Shown here: one piece after another, positions 1-12,585 of the stretch
Position numbering within the stretch: the stretch's first letter is position 1
Layout: every line of letters begins with the position of its first letter
Origin: Torpedo marmorata
Taxonomy: Eukaryota
Length of the DNA: 44,186 bases
Assembly: GCA_977017645.1 (NCBI GenBank)
Contig: OZ360239.1
Coordinates: 7,254,001 to 7,298,186 of the forward strand
Direction: 5' to 3'
The notes under the pieces: model-generated
Seen by the model: only the letters and a program-made list of their open reading frames with translations
The model's database searches: none
What the model was told of the DNA's origin: nothing
Program-made: the position numbers and the translations under genes

Positions 1-442
1 AAGTTTGAAGCAGGCAGTATATTTGGAAAAAAATGGTTAGAAGAGATCATCTGTAAATGTATATTATAGTTTGTTTGAAAGATGCAAATTATTTTTTAAA
101 CTTGATTTTTAATTTTTTGTGATAATGGTTGGTGAATGACAAATGGAAAATCTCTGGGTGAGATTTAAAATGAAATTTGATAATACCGATGTGCTGGTGT
201 ATCAAAGTGGTCAAACTAACTCCAGATGGTAATTTGGGATTTTAAGAATGACTAGTTCCCTTCCCAAAATAGTTGTAGATTTTTGGTCAACCTATACTCC
301 CAAATCTGAATTTTGGTTCATTCACTGATAGTATGGTGCTATCGAGGTTGATAAATGGACCTAATGTTAGTGCAAATTCCAATGAGTAAACAACAAATAA
401 ATGTTTTGTTCTTTAAATGGTTTTCCTGTTCTTCAATTTCAG

Positions 443-671
443 ACACGAATGCAGAGCCTGCAGCCAGACCCTGCTGCCCGGTACAGGAATGTAATGGATG
501 CCCTGAAGAGGATTGTCCGTACAGAAGGTTTTTGGAGGCCAATGAGGGGATTAAATGTGACTGCCACTGGTGCCGGGCCAGCACATGCCCTCTATTTTGC
601 GTGCTATGAAAAGATTAAAAAGACGTTGAGTGATACCATCCATCCGGGTGGTAATAGTCACATAGCTAATG
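443..671 (+). CDS. slc25a28: Mitoferrin-2 (mitochondrial iron carrier), internal coding exon (equivalent to exon 2)
   Basis: Acceptor tttcAG at 441-442, donor GT at 672-673, 229 bp. Encodes [57 protein letters not shown]...[24 protein letters not shown] and NSHIANG match mitoferrin-2 rather than mitoferrin-1. Confidence 0.96.
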
Positions 672-969
672 GTATTAATAACTTCAGTGATTCTTCCTCT
701 TGTTTTCAACCTTGTACCTCATCTTCCCATTTGTTGCTTTCATGTACTCTTTTAATGCTCTGTACAGGTACATTGACCAGAATGTTCACCTAATGCTGAA
801 AACTACTTTGTCCTGGTTTTAAAATGTACTAATCTGCCTTCCTGTAAGCATGTTGGTCTTTTTCTAGCCCTGGCCTTTTTGCCATTCATTGTTGTGATGT
901 AACTTAGTTTTGCGCTTTGTTGGTAACCAGAGAACACACGCTAGGACCTAATACGGACCTAACTCAACC

Positions 970-1216
970 AAAGACAGCACCAATAGCCTGAATACGACTG
1001 GGATTGTCTGATCTCAGAAGCTAAGCAGGCACAGGACTGGTCAGTACTTGGAGGGGAGACTGCCAAGGAACACCAGGTGCTGTAGGTTTGTGTGAGGGGC
1101 GCTGGACAAAATAGCGACCCTCTGTCTGCCTTACGGTAGACAGAAATTAAAGAATTTCATGTATGTTACATTCTAAATGTAGTATTACGTGACAATAATG
1201 GAACCTTTACCTTTTT
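970..1216 (+). mobile_element. 5S rRNA-derived SINE (SINE3 type)
   Basis: 970-1089 aligns along vertebrate 5S rRNA (GTCTGATCTCaGAAGCTAAGCAGG...AGTACTTGGAgGGGAGAC...GGTGCTGTAGG) with A and C boxes. The T4 terminator is lost. It continues into a hairpin (1121-1144), TGACAATAA and an (ACCTTT)2 tail. Confidence 0.85.
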
Positions 1217-2167
1217 AAATGTTGCACCTAGGTCATTTATGAGCTGTTTGATGGGATGCTAGACTTGGGAAGAACGTCTCATATTTTAAAAACTCTTTAA
1301 TACTTTTCTACACTAATCCCATATCTCTGGAAGACCTAAATCTTTATGCATGTTTTCTGTTTGCCATAGATATAAGTAGTACTTAATTCAACTTGTGAAG
1401 TATAACGAAGAAAGAAAATGCACTTGACATCTACTACCTGACAACAGCAATAAAAAAAACTTGTATGGATTTTCCTCCATTAGCATCTAATTTGTAGAAT
1501 ATATTTTTGTAGAAATGCGCAATACTATTGAACTTGCTACAACTTAAGTGCTTGAGGCATTGAGTAAAGATGTATTGAGAGCGTGAAAGAAATGAATGCT
1601 AGAATAAAGACAAAATGTTTATTGGATGATACCAAATTGGTTGCTAGACAATTTCCGTGCAGCATCATTGCAGTAAACCAGTTTAGTGAAAAAGCATGTT
1701 TCTGTGCTGAAAATTTCATTTAATTGTAATTGACATTGTTGCTAAAAGCCTCTTTGTGTCTCGTGTTCATTTTGTAGTATATGTGTTGATGGACTAGGAA
1801 CCCAGAGGTCCAGATTAATGAATCCAAGCCCACCACTTCTCTAAATAAATGCTTGCCTTGTCAGGGATTGACCAATGAATTTAAACAAATGTCTCAACAC
1901 TCAGAATATCAGAAAAGGAAATTTTTTACTGAAAATTTGAAAAAAGTTAATTTGTGGACTTTGTTACGGTTTCTGAAGTTGAAAGCCTCTGAACTTTGGG
2001 AGTTTAGTAACAAATCACACAAAATTAGAAACTCAAAACTGTGTCCTCATACCATTATAATATGTAGATGAGTCTTAATGATCCATAACTATTTCATAGT
2101 GCTCTAACCCTTTAACTCCACAATTGTCATTTTACTAAGTATGGTTCGCTATGAGTTGATTTCATTT

Positions 2168-2985
2168 TCAAGATTCAATTTATTGTCATAGTAATAAGAC
2201 AGTCATATTCCATGAAATTTCTTTTTGCCTGCTGTAAGGCAGACAGATTCGCCACCGGCAGAAATTGCCTAAGAGCCTCTAACATTCCTTACAGTCAGAG
2301 AAACAAAAGAGAGTCCCCCAGAGTCACCGAGTGTCCATAGATTCGCCTCTAGCGCCTCCGCAGCCACACAGTCCAGTCCAAACCATCGGTAACCCGAGCT
2401 CCAGATCCAAACCTCCAACACGGTCAGGTCGCCCTCGGCACCCCCTCGCATCCCGGTTCCGATACCTGGTACTCCTCCAGCCAGTTCGAGCCAGCCTCCA
2501 GCAGTCCGCAGCCCGGCGTGAGTCCCCCGACAGCAGCCCACAGCCTCCGCGGGTTCCTCGCCTCGAGTCGCCAGCAGCCCGCCGCATGCACTGGTCCTTC
2601 AGCCTCAGAGCCCCTCACCGGTCTGCCGCCGTGGTCACTGCCCCGTGGGTCGTCTCCTCCGTTTCTCCTTCTCAGACCGGGGGGGGGGGGGTGATCTTCC
2701 CGTCCTCTGGTGCCCTGCTCCAGTCCTCCGCTTCACCGGAATCTGCACCCCATCGTGGCTGCTGCCGGTTAAAAGGCGCTGCCATCTTGGGCGCAGACCC
2801 CGTGGTCGCGGGATCTTAAATAAAACCACTGTCGGCTCCTTTAATACGGTCAAAGCCCGTGTGGAACCGACGGCAGTCGACTGGGCGGCTGGACCCCGCG
2901 GGAGCGCTGTATCTCCGCTCCCCGCGGGTCTGCACCAGCAGCAGCGCTGCGACTACAGCGGCTCCGGCAGCGCCGCCATTCTTGG
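2168..2985 (-). mobile_element. GC-rich non-autonomous retroelement with Rex1-like tail (copy lacking U2 head)
   Basis: Reverse complement is highly similar to 34826-35591. On the minus strand it begins AAGAATGGCGGCG (YY1-like) and ends TGACAATAAATTGAATCTTGA. Confidence 0.85.
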
Positions 2986-5052
2986 ACATTATTTTCGAAT
3001 GGTTTTAAGTATGAACTTTTTAAGTACAATTATTATTTTGAACTTTCTTTAATTTGTGGAGTTTAATTACAGATAGTTGTTAAACATCTCCCACTCTGCT
3101 GTTGTTTCATTCAGTCGTTGCGCTGAATTTCCTGTTTTGAGAGTTTGAACCAGTTCTACAAATTTTCTTTGAGCTGTGCTCCATCTAGTGGTGCTACTCC
3201 CAAAATCCTTTTTACCTTTTTTATTTCGACTTTTGGCTTCTGGCTGCCAATTAACGTGCTTCTGTTGAGATTTAGTTTGCCTTTGTTCATTCAGCTGGCC
3301 AGTTTTTGCCCCCTGAGCTTGGTGTGATCTTGATTTGTATTTTTTAGGTATGTATCATCTTTTTCTCCCCAAGCCTCTTTTCCAACACCCAAACATGGCA
3401 TAGTACAGTAAAACTTTCAAATTTTAACAAACAGATGGATAGACGCAAGATGTGCATGAAAATTGTGACGATGAACTTTATTGAATGTTATCCAAAGGAT
3501 AACTGTTTCTTCTATTTTAGTTTTCTTTATAATTTATGATCTAATTGACTTTATTGTCCAAATTTTTCACTTGAATATCATTCAGTTAAATTCTCTCTAT
3601 CCACTTTGCGTAAGTGACTTTGTATTGGAATTCTTATCACTTCCCATTAAGTTTATAATCTTGTATCTCAAAATTGACCGTGTGAAATTCTGTTTAGCAT
3701 TAATACATCGTATTATTTGCTTAAAACCTGGTAATTGCAGTCTAAATATTTTCAGTTTAGTTTCTTTAACCCTTCTCCTAGACCCTGTTTCATTTTGCAG
3801 GTTGTGAAGCTTGGTAAGTAAAATTATTGTTTTGGCCTTTGCTTTCAAAATTGCGTTCCTGTAGATTAATTTGAATGCTATTTTCTCAAATGTTAAGTTG
3901 AAATAAGGTGTTTGAACTCAGCAGTAAGGTTTTGTCTTGCATGTTGTTAAAATAAATTACCGATTTGATGTATTGAATTTTTAAACAAAAATAAATAAAT
4001 GAACTTGTCAGATCTTTTGTTCAGCACAATCTATGGTTGCTGAATTACTGACACATTTGAATTTCTTGTCCTGTAAACTGCAGATAGACAGAATTAATGC
4101 ACTCGAGGACCATTAACCAATGTTGAGAGTGAATCATCTGGGTTGGAATCTACCTCAGAAGCAGAAAAATTTTAATGTTGAAAAGTGTAATGCTTTACAA
4201 AACATTGTAACATTTATTTTGAATGCAAATCTAAGCACAAGATACTAAATCTTTTAAACCATAGCTGCAGATATCATCTTTCTCTTCTCATCTCAATGCT
4301 TGGCTGACTCTGCTGTAAGTTATCATGGGTGCTGAGTATCATGATATTAATTTTGGCTGTTTTACATACAAGATGAGCCTGATCCTGTTCACGCTTAACA
4401 TGTGTGCCCAAAAGTTGATGGATAGTGACGGAGACCATTCTTACCTTTGGTACATCTATTTCTGTTCCCCCCTCTCCCCAAAACCATCCCTCAAACAAAC
4501 ACTGCAGGCACTGCGGTTTGGCACGTGGGTGAAAGTAGCCAATTGCTTAGTCTGGTAATTAAATTTGACACCTTCCTGTTTTTCAAATCTTCAGTTTGGG
4601 ATTGGTTCCATCTTGTTTTTATATTCTACTAACCTCAGCAGACTTTGGCGAGCCAGAGTTCGTGTTGCTTTGGTTGATTGAGTTTCTGAGCCATATTGTA
4701 GGTGTAAAGGCAGCTATGAAACGAAACAAACTTTTTAACCAGTTTTCTTGGCTTCTGTTCCATCTGTATTCCTCTACCAAGATGGATGTGTGGGCCTACT
4801 TCACAGGAATTCATTTGTAACACAACCTTCGTGAATGGATAGTTACCAAAACAAAATGATATGGCCAGTCTGATGAAAATTGTGCTAATTCTTCAGGCTA
4901 TCTGCATTGAACTCTGAATGCTCTGCTTTTGGGATCCTTACAGTTGGTGGTGTAGATATTTTGAACTCTTGACTTTGGGGATAGTTCCCTCAGTAGCATT
5001 GGTAGCTCTGGGTAGTTATTACCTATATTCATGTGTGGAGTTTCTTTTGCAG

Positions 5053-5109
5053 GTGCAGCAGGATGTGTGGCGACTTTGTTTCATGATGCAGCCATGAACC
5101 CTGCTGAAG
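5053..5109 (+). CDS. slc25a28: Mitoferrin-2, 57-bp coding exon (equivalent to exon 3)
   Basis: Not in the ORF track. ttttgcAG acceptor (5051-5052) and GTaatg donor (5110). Phase 1/1; reads (G)AAGCVATLFHDAAMNPAE and joins the flanking exons in frame. Confidence 0.96.
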
Positions 5110-5488
5110 GTAATGTTAATTGTGTTAAGAATTTAATCTCTAAAGCTGCCCTTGTTTATCATTGTTGTGCTTGAAAATGTGTAAGTAACCAAAACAAAAT
5201 ATTTCGCCTGTAAATTCGGGCCTGCATTGCTCTTTTGAAGAGCATGATGTAGTTCGAGGTTTCTAGGTCTCTGCAATATTACTTGACTGTGCCTTTCCTG
5301 AATCATGGGAATGTTATTGGAGTATTTGTTCAACCTTGCTCTTGTTGTTTTCATTTTGGAACAATTTTTTTGTTCATTTCCCTTAAAGCCATTGCCATCT
5401 GTTGGCATTTCAGTGTAGTAATGATGTAGGACAAGACAGCTTGGGCTGTCATTACAGAAAAATTGCCTTTCCTCAAAAATAGTTATCC

Positions 5489-7237
5489 CAGTGTTCTGGC
5501 ATTTTTTTTATCCCTCTGCTCCCACAAACAATGTAATAGTCAACAGTTTTGCGACCTTGCAAAGTTGATGGACATTGGGGGAACCTTTCTTGCGACTAGT
5601 GCAGACTGAGCGAGGTTTTAGCCTAATGAATCAACTCAAAAACAAGCTGAGAAACTGTTTAGGTGAATGTCATTTGGATATGCTTATGAGAATCAAAAGC
5701 TATCAATTGGATGGAAGTTCTATTAGTCTAAATCAGGGCTACCCAAACTTTTTAGCTCACGGAACCCTTTTGGGGAGCACTTGGAAATTGCGGAACCCCA
5801 ATCGTCAATTACAGTTTAAAAGACCTGCATAGTAAAAAAAAAAAAGCAAATAAACTCACCATTCTCCACGATGCCCATCCGCCCTCTGACTAAACAATGG
5901 AGGGGGGGGGGTCTCCGCTCGGTAGTTGGACCGGGTGGCGACTGACAAGCGAAGACCAGTCTGCTGTTGACATCACATCATTTGCCACGCCAGAATCGCC
6001 GGCCGTTGATTGACAGGCGAGGTGGGCGGGATTCTGTCCACCCACCGACGTCACAATGTGGGGGGGGGGCACAATGGGGGCTTCGCCCACTGATTGGCTG
6101 TGCGGGCGGGCTGCAGGGACGTCACAGCCCCACCCCAATCCTCTCTCACCTGGGTAATTGGCCCGGGCAGCGATTGACAGGTCGCTGGTGACGTCACCCA
6201 CACCACCGGTTGGTGATTTGACAGGCGAGATGAGTGCCCGCCGACGTCACAATGGGGCCGCGGCCCGGTGATTGGCTGCGCGGCGGGGAGAAGAGATGTC
6301 ACAACCCCCCCCCTCCCCCAATCATTCCACCTGCTAATTGGATTGGTCTGGAACCTCGCTGCTGGACCCTTTGACGGACAGGCCGAACCCGGGCGCAGAT
6401 GGGGGGGGGGGTATTATGCAAATGAGCAGCCGAGGTGAGGTCAGCGGAGGGTCGCGTGCCTCTCCTCCCCCCCCCCCCCACCCCCCGCGCGGCTGCCATC
6501 TTGTCTACCCCCCCGGAAACACATTGAATTAAAGACAGAGGTAAAAAGTAATTTAAAGAACAACAGGCAGATCGTTATTACTCCTTGTCATTTCTTCCGC
6601 GAAACCCCTATGCCTTTCCACGGAACCAAGTTTGGGAAACCCTGGTCTAGATAGAGTTTACAAAGAATGGGTAAGTACCAAAGACAGGAGAGAGAAAAAA
6701 TAACTGAGTGACTTAAATATGTATTTTATTCTGTTGTTAATCTGTGCAGTTTTGTCAAATATTTTGTAAACCTACATAAACTGTGCTATGTGTGAAGATT
6801 TTCACATTAAACATCTGGATAGGTTGTCAACTAGCTTTGTAATTGAATGAGTTTTGATTTAACCGTTTCCAGCAACTTTAATATAATCTGTGAATTGATG
6901 GGTGGTGGTGTTATTAATTTATTTCGACATTGCATCACATAAAAATAAGAAATACTCATTAATGTTTTATTTAATGGAACAACAAACTGTTCAAAGTATA
7001 GAATAAAATCTTAACTACGGTAAATACGTTACTTCGTAGAATGCATTCATACTTGTATTATATTAAAACATGCCAATAGTTTTATTAGCCAGTTTGGCAG
7101 TGCTAAAATTATCTTGAAACAATTTCAAGTTTACATTTGCATAAGCATTCAGTGCGCACATAGTTTTGTCACAGGAAAAAAATTTGCACAAACGATTTTT
7201 GCGCACTCTTGACTCCTAAAAATTAGAGGGAACATTG
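5489..7237 (+). mobile_element. hAT DNA transposon remnant (C-terminal dimerisation domain and right end)
   Basis: ERGFSLMNQLKNKLRNCLGECHLDMLMRI is a hAT dimerisation motif. The frame resumes after the nested MITE as DRVYKEWVSTKDRREKK*. Right terminus AATTAGAGGGAACATTG; the possible left remnant CAGTGTTC at 5489 is uncertain. Confidence 0.75.
5734..6644. mobile_element. hAT/Charlie-type non-autonomous element nested in the hAT remnant
   Basis: TIRs CAGGGCTACCCAAACTT / AAGTTTGGGAAACCCTG. 8-bp TSD GTCTAAAT (5726-5733) / GTCTAGAT (6645-6652) fits the Charlie NTCTAGAN preference. Confidence 0.9.
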
Positions 7238-7416
7238 ATAGTGACCTGGTATCTTTTTAAAAGATGTTAGGAGAATTGGATAATGCATTTCATACGAGCA
7301 ATTACACTAAAAAAAAAAAAGAATCTTATCAGAAAAAATGCTTTAGGATGTCATGATCAATAGTATACAAGTGAAAGACATTTTTATTGAAGTAATTTCT
7401 TACTAAATTGAATTTC

Positions 7417-8344
7417 TATAGAACCATATACCACAGAAAACAGGCCATTCTAGTCTGTGCCAAAATATTATTCCGCTAGTCCCATTGACCTGCACCCAGT
7501 CCATAACCCTCCAGACCTCTCCCATCCATGTTTCTATCCAATTTATTCTTAAAACTTAAGAGTGAGCCCGCATGTACCATGGCAGCTCGTTCCACACCCC
7601 CACCACTCTGAGTGAAGAAGTTCCCCCTAATGTTTCCCCTAAACCTTTCCTCTTTCACCCTAAAGCCATGTCCTCTCGTATTTATCTCTCCTAATCTAAG
7701 TGGAAAGAGCCTACTTGCATTTACTCTGTCTATATCCCTCATAATTTTGTAAACCTCTATCAAATCTCCCCTCATTCTTCTACGCTCCAAGGAATAAAGT
7801 CCTAACCTGTTTAATCTTTCCCTGTAACTCAACTCCTGAAGACCCGGCAACATCCTAGTAAATCTTCTCTGCACTCTTTCAATCTTACTGATATCCTTCC
7901 TGTAGTTTGGCGACCAGAACTGCACACAATACTCCAAATTTGGCCTCACCAATGTCTTATACAACCTCACCATAACATCCCAACTCCAGTACTCAATACT
8001 TTGATTTATGAAGGCCAAGATGCCAAAAGCTTTCTTTACAACCCTGTCCACCTGTGATGCCACTTTTAGGGAATTATGTATCTGTATTCCCAGATCCCTT
8101 TGTTCCTCTGCACTCCTCAGTGCCCTACCATTTACTGTGTACTACCTTGGTTTGTCCTTCCAAAATGCAACACCTCACACTTGTCTGCATTAAATTCCAT
8201 CTGCCATTTTCTGGCCCATTTATCCAGTTGGTCCAGATCCCTCTACAAGCTTTGAAAGCCTTCCTCGCTGTCCACAACGCCTCCAATCTTAGTGACATCA
8301 GCAAACTTGCTGATCCAATTTACCACATTATCATCCAGATCATT
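7417..8344 (-). mobile_element. CR1 LINE 3' fragment
   Basis: ORF 7476-8063 has the CR1 ORF2 C-terminus (LYKTLVRPNLEYCVQFWSP...RRRMRGDLIEVYK); CR1-type tail near 7417-7460. Confidence 0.92.
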
Positions 8345-8651
8345 AGATTTGATTAGAATTAGACAAATTTTAGTCTGGAGGCTTTTATCATTACTGTATT
8401 GAAGAAATTGTATGTGACATTGCCCTCAATTGAATATATTTAATGAAAGACTGGTCAAAGGGGCTGGTTAATAATACTCTCTCCCATCACTGAGAGCAGA
8501 ATTAATTGACAATTTAACAGGTTAGCTGGTATCAGTCTGCAACACTTATTGTATCCTGTTCAGGGCAAATTTATTTAAAAAGTTGCTCTGAACATGATAT
8601 AATTTGTAACTGATTGTAAATTAATTTAGATTTTGATATCCTCTTTTACAA

Positions 8652-8691
8652 TTAGATTTTAGATTTCAGATTTATTGTCAGAGTACATACA
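8652..8691 (-). mobile_element. Rex1/Babar 3' tail remnant
   Basis: AGATTTCAGATTTATTGTCAGAGTACATA is identical to the tail at ~15190-15218. Confidence 0.7.
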
Positions 8692-8949
8692 AAAAGAATA
8701 ACGTGTTGACCCAGGAATTGCATGCTTTCTCATTGCCTACTTGTATAATGCTTTACACTTCAAAATTTATTGGGAATGGTATCAGGAGTTAAAAAAACAA
8801 GTTCTTGTATTCCCTTCACTTTCATCTCCCATGTCAAACCATTGAAACAAATGTGTGGCTGTTCACTATTGAAATGTGAAACTGACACATTTTTATCCCT
8901 TTGTTCATATTCAGATTTTTAATCTCAAAACTTGCCCTCATTTCTGAAA

Positions 8950-9400
8950 ACTAAAAAAAAATGCAGGTACTGGAAATCTATGACAAAAACAGAAAATGCC
9001 AGAAATATTGTGGGAAAAGAAAGTCGACATTTCAGAACTAAAAATAAGACACAAGAAACTTGTAAAGCTGCAATGATGCTGGAGGAGAAGGGTGTCTCTG
9101 ATCGGGTAAAACCAGGGTGATCACACGGCAAAGCTGTTTTTTCTCTCTGGAAATGGAGGCTATGCTGAGCCTGGCTGTGCTCGTGCTCTGCATTTCACAA
9201 CTCTCACATCCCCCATTGACCAGATAATCATGTTTACAGCTTAAGTTCACCTGTTTTTACCCCATGAGAGACATCCCTACCTACTACAGCTTTATGACCT
9301 TTATTTGTCTAATTTTCAGTTCTGACAATGGGTTTCCAACTTGAAATGTTAAGATTCTTTTTCCACAGAGGTGAGCTGACCTGGTGAGTATTTAGAGTTG
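8950..9400. mobile_element. Degenerate Penelope-like element remnants
   Basis: TGCAGGTACTGGAAATCT...CAGAAAATGC and TTCTGACAATGGGTTTCCAACTTGAAATGTT...GCTGACCTGGTGAGTATTT resemble decayed versions of the terminal repeat at 33598-33823. Confidence 0.5.
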
Positions 9401-9409
9401 AGAGTTTTA

Positions 9410-9866
9410 TGACACAGAACAGGCCCTTTGGCCCCACTTGCCAATGCCGACCAAGTTGTCTACCAAGCTCGTCCCATTTACCTGCGTTTGGCCCATTTCC
9501 CTCTAAATCATCCCTATCCATGTATCTGTCAAAATGTCTTTTAAACATTGCAATTGTAACTCTCTGGCAGCTCCTTCCATAAACCTACTACCCTATATCT
9601 GAATAAGTTTCCCCCTTTGGTCTCTTTTAAAATCTTTCCCTTCTCACCTTAAATCTAAGACTCCCCTAGCCTGGAGGACAAAAAGACTGTCACCATTCAC
9701 CTTATCTATGTCTCTCATGATGATATATACCTCTACAAGGTCACACTTCAGCCTCCTATACTCCACGAGTCTTAGTCTATCCAGCCTCTCCTTGTAACTC
9801 AAGCCCTTCAATCCTGATAACATCCGTGTGAATCTTTTCTGCCCCCTTTCCAGCTTAATGACATCT
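9410..9866 (-). mobile_element. CR1 LINE 3' fragment (degenerate)
   Basis: KDVIKLERGQKRFTRMLSGLKGLSYKERLDRL and FKRHFDRYMD motifs. Confidence 0.85.
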
Positions 9867-10202
9867 TTGCTTTTTCTGTTTTTGTTGCTTTCATTTCTGT
9901 CCACCCTTCCCCCTTTTCATCCCTTCCTCATTTATAGGAACATAAGAAATGGAAGCAGGAGTCGACCATCTGTCCTGTCGAGCCTGCTCCACTATTCCAT
10001 AAGATCATAGCTTATCTGTGCAAAATATTTCCAGCAATACTACTCTGCATAACATGGGTGAATTGAATTTCTCTTGCTCGAGATAACTTATTTTGACTCA
10101 ATAACTCCTGCCCCCATTAGCTCTGGTGAGCACACATAATTTAGTTTCAAACATTACAACGTTTGGTTCGTGTCCCCTCAAATTAAACTCAACCTCTGAT
10201 TG

Positions 10203-10294
10203 AGGTGGTAATTCTGCCTCGCCTGCAGGAAAATAGAATCTCAGGGTTGTACGTGATGTCATGTATGTACTCCGACAATAAATCTTAAATCTGA
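10203..10294 (+). mobile_element. Rex1/Babar 3' end fragment
   Basis: GGTAATTCTGCCTCGCCTGCAGGAAAATAGAATCTCAGGGTTGTACGTGATGTCATGTATGTACTCCGACAATAAATC matches the reverse complement of ~15195-15276. Confidence 0.8.
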
Positions 10295-10795
10295 TCACTC
10301 GGGTATTGGGTTTTATTGTTCTATGCTCTGATGTTATGCTCTGTCATTTTATGAAATTTTAATTGATGCTAATCAAATTGTGTACAGCTTCTGGTATTTG
10401 CATTATGAACCATGCTCATGGATTCTTTGGTACACATTTTGAGAAATACGAAGAATTTGTTGTACACTAAAAGAAATACCGTGGCTTTTTGAATTTTTGC
10501 CCTGTTTTTGGTGTGGATGAGAAAAGGAATGAATATTTCTTTCACTCAAAGAATGACTTGCATTGCTTACCCCGTGTTTACATTATATGCAACTAAAGTT
10601 CTTATTTCAGCAGCCTGAGGTTTAAATAGTTGTATTTTAGCTTTTGTCGTCATGCCTAGTGTAAGTATTGTGAAATGTACTTATTAATGCGTATTGGCCT
10701 CTTCATGTAACAGTGTTTCTTAACATCGAGCTATTTCAGTTTTGCTCTAATGCTGATCTGGATGTAACGCCTGTGCTTTTGTGAGGAAGATTGCT

Positions 10796-10826
10796 TTACG
10801 TGACAATAATGGAACCTTTACCTTTT
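10796..10826 (+). mobile_element. Severely 5'-truncated copy of the 5S-SINE tail
   Basis: TTACGTGACAATAATGGAACCTTTACCTTTT is identical to the end of the element at ~1185-1215. Confidence 0.7.
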
Positions 10827-12189
10827 CCAAAGCTGGAAGAGGTTGTGTTCTATTCCTTCCTTTCCATCTTCCCCTGACATGTCAATAGAGCTTGAGGTAA
10901 AATTTAACATGGCAACTCAGCTCATGTTTTGGTAGAAAAGAAATTGACTACCGGTAATTGTATTTTGTAGATCCTCTAGCTCTGTGCCTCAGAAGAATTG
11001 GAACTTTAAAAAAAACAAAAAAAAAACACACACTTTAATGCCTCTTTTTCTCTAAAGTAATGGACTTCAATAAATCCGTTTGTGTTCTACTTGTAAGTTA
11101 TGACCCCAAAAAATTGAAAGCAGGCTTTGTGCAGCATAATGTAATCATGAGCAGACTTGCTCAATATGGACTTATTACGTGTGACAGTGCAGATTTTAGA
11201 CACTGGATGTTGAGGCTTAAATGTTGGTCTTTGCTCTGGAAAAGTGAGATCAAGTGCATAAGAATTGATAATTGGAGTGCATCATTGGAATTTGAATGCC
11301 GAGTTGTGCTTGCTTTGCATTTTTTGCAATGTTCAGCTCTCCAGCAAATTGACAAATGGTTTGTTTCTGACCTCGTGCCAGGAGAGTTTAGTTGATGGAT
11401 TTTGTATGACTGCTTGACGCTCTGCCTCTCTGCAGTTCAGTAGTGCACTTGCAGTCTAAATAAAACCTGATAAATTATCCAATGTGTGTAGTTGTATTCA
11501 AACAGCCAGCACTTTTGACTTGACTCTAGTACTTTCAGCATGAGCATCTTGAATCATCGCTGCATTGCAACCTTCAGCTTTTTCAATTTCTTAAATGAAT
11601 TTATTTGTTTGGGTTCAAAATAATGAAATGTAAAAGTTCAAGGAAATAAGCAGGAGCTCATCAAACGACATTGAAATTGGTGATGATTGATAAGTAGCAG
11701 AAGGTTACAAAGCTTTCTGGAAAAAGGAAAACAGTGACTTTTTAATAGCTTAATTAGTGTCACCTTGTGAAGGGAATATGCAGCTGGGGAAAGCAAGGTC
11801 ATGAGTATGAGGACATTTGAAGCATTGTTTTCAAGGATGAGGAAGGCAGCTTCTGGTATCCTGCAGATGCAGTGAGTTTTGACAGGTTTCCCAGGATCTA
11901 CACGTTTTCTATTGCGTTTACTTTCATTGCCCATATTGTCAAAATAACAACTATTCCCACATTTACCAGCAACATTATCTTTGGTATGCAAACAGAATGC
12001 ATTGCAGCTGCCATGTTTCAAACGTTAAATGCCATTAATAACATTTGTGGCTGCATGTATTGCTTTGGGTTTCCCTCCATTTTTGTTAATTTACCCTCGA
12101 CACCATTTCTTGCACTGCTTGCCCTCCCCTCACGCCCCATCCTCCCAATATCCCCTTCAATCATCAATTTTGTACCCGTTGACTATATG

Positions 12190-12321
12190 TTGGAGAGTTA
12201 GTCTTGAGTATGCAGGCCATGGTGGAAATGAATTGTGCAGGCAGAAGAGATTTAGTTTAATTTAGCATCCCGTTCGGTGCACATATCGTGGGCCACCGGA
12301 CCTATTCCTGTTGTACTGTTC
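12190..12321 (+). mobile_element. CR1 3' end remnant
   Basis: GCACATATCGTGGGCC...CCTATTCCTGTTGTACTGTTC resembles the CR1 tail at 32640-32680. Confidence 0.55.
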
Positions 12322-12585
12322 AAGTATCTTATCTAAGAGGCCCATCTTTATGTGTGAGCTTGGGCAGGGCTAGATGATGGCCTGTTAAGCAGTGAAGGGC
12401 AGCACGTGGCATGTTTACCAGTGGCGGTTTTGGCACTTCCATTCAATCCACCCAACAAAAAATTATAAATGCCTCTGTTCCATTGGGCCAGAATCTGAAG
12501 AGTATTTTGGAGCAGCAAACTTCAACCCCAGTCATTCCCCCAATATTTTGAAAATATTTCAAATGGTTTAAGAAAATATGAAGAT

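Noticed and set aside
970-1089. Functional 5S rRNA gene
   Set aside because: Single copy, diverged 5' third, no T4 terminator, and fused to a retroposon tail.
2269-3052. Many overlapping ORFs here and at 34665-35557
   Set aside because: A by-product of high GC in a repeat. Frames are not preserved between the two copies and no domain is recognisable.
3145-4823. Short hydrophobic intronic ORFs (also 11060-12265 and 17711-18960)
   Set aside because: Mostly non-ATG starts in T-rich intron sequence, with no recognisable domains or exon structure.
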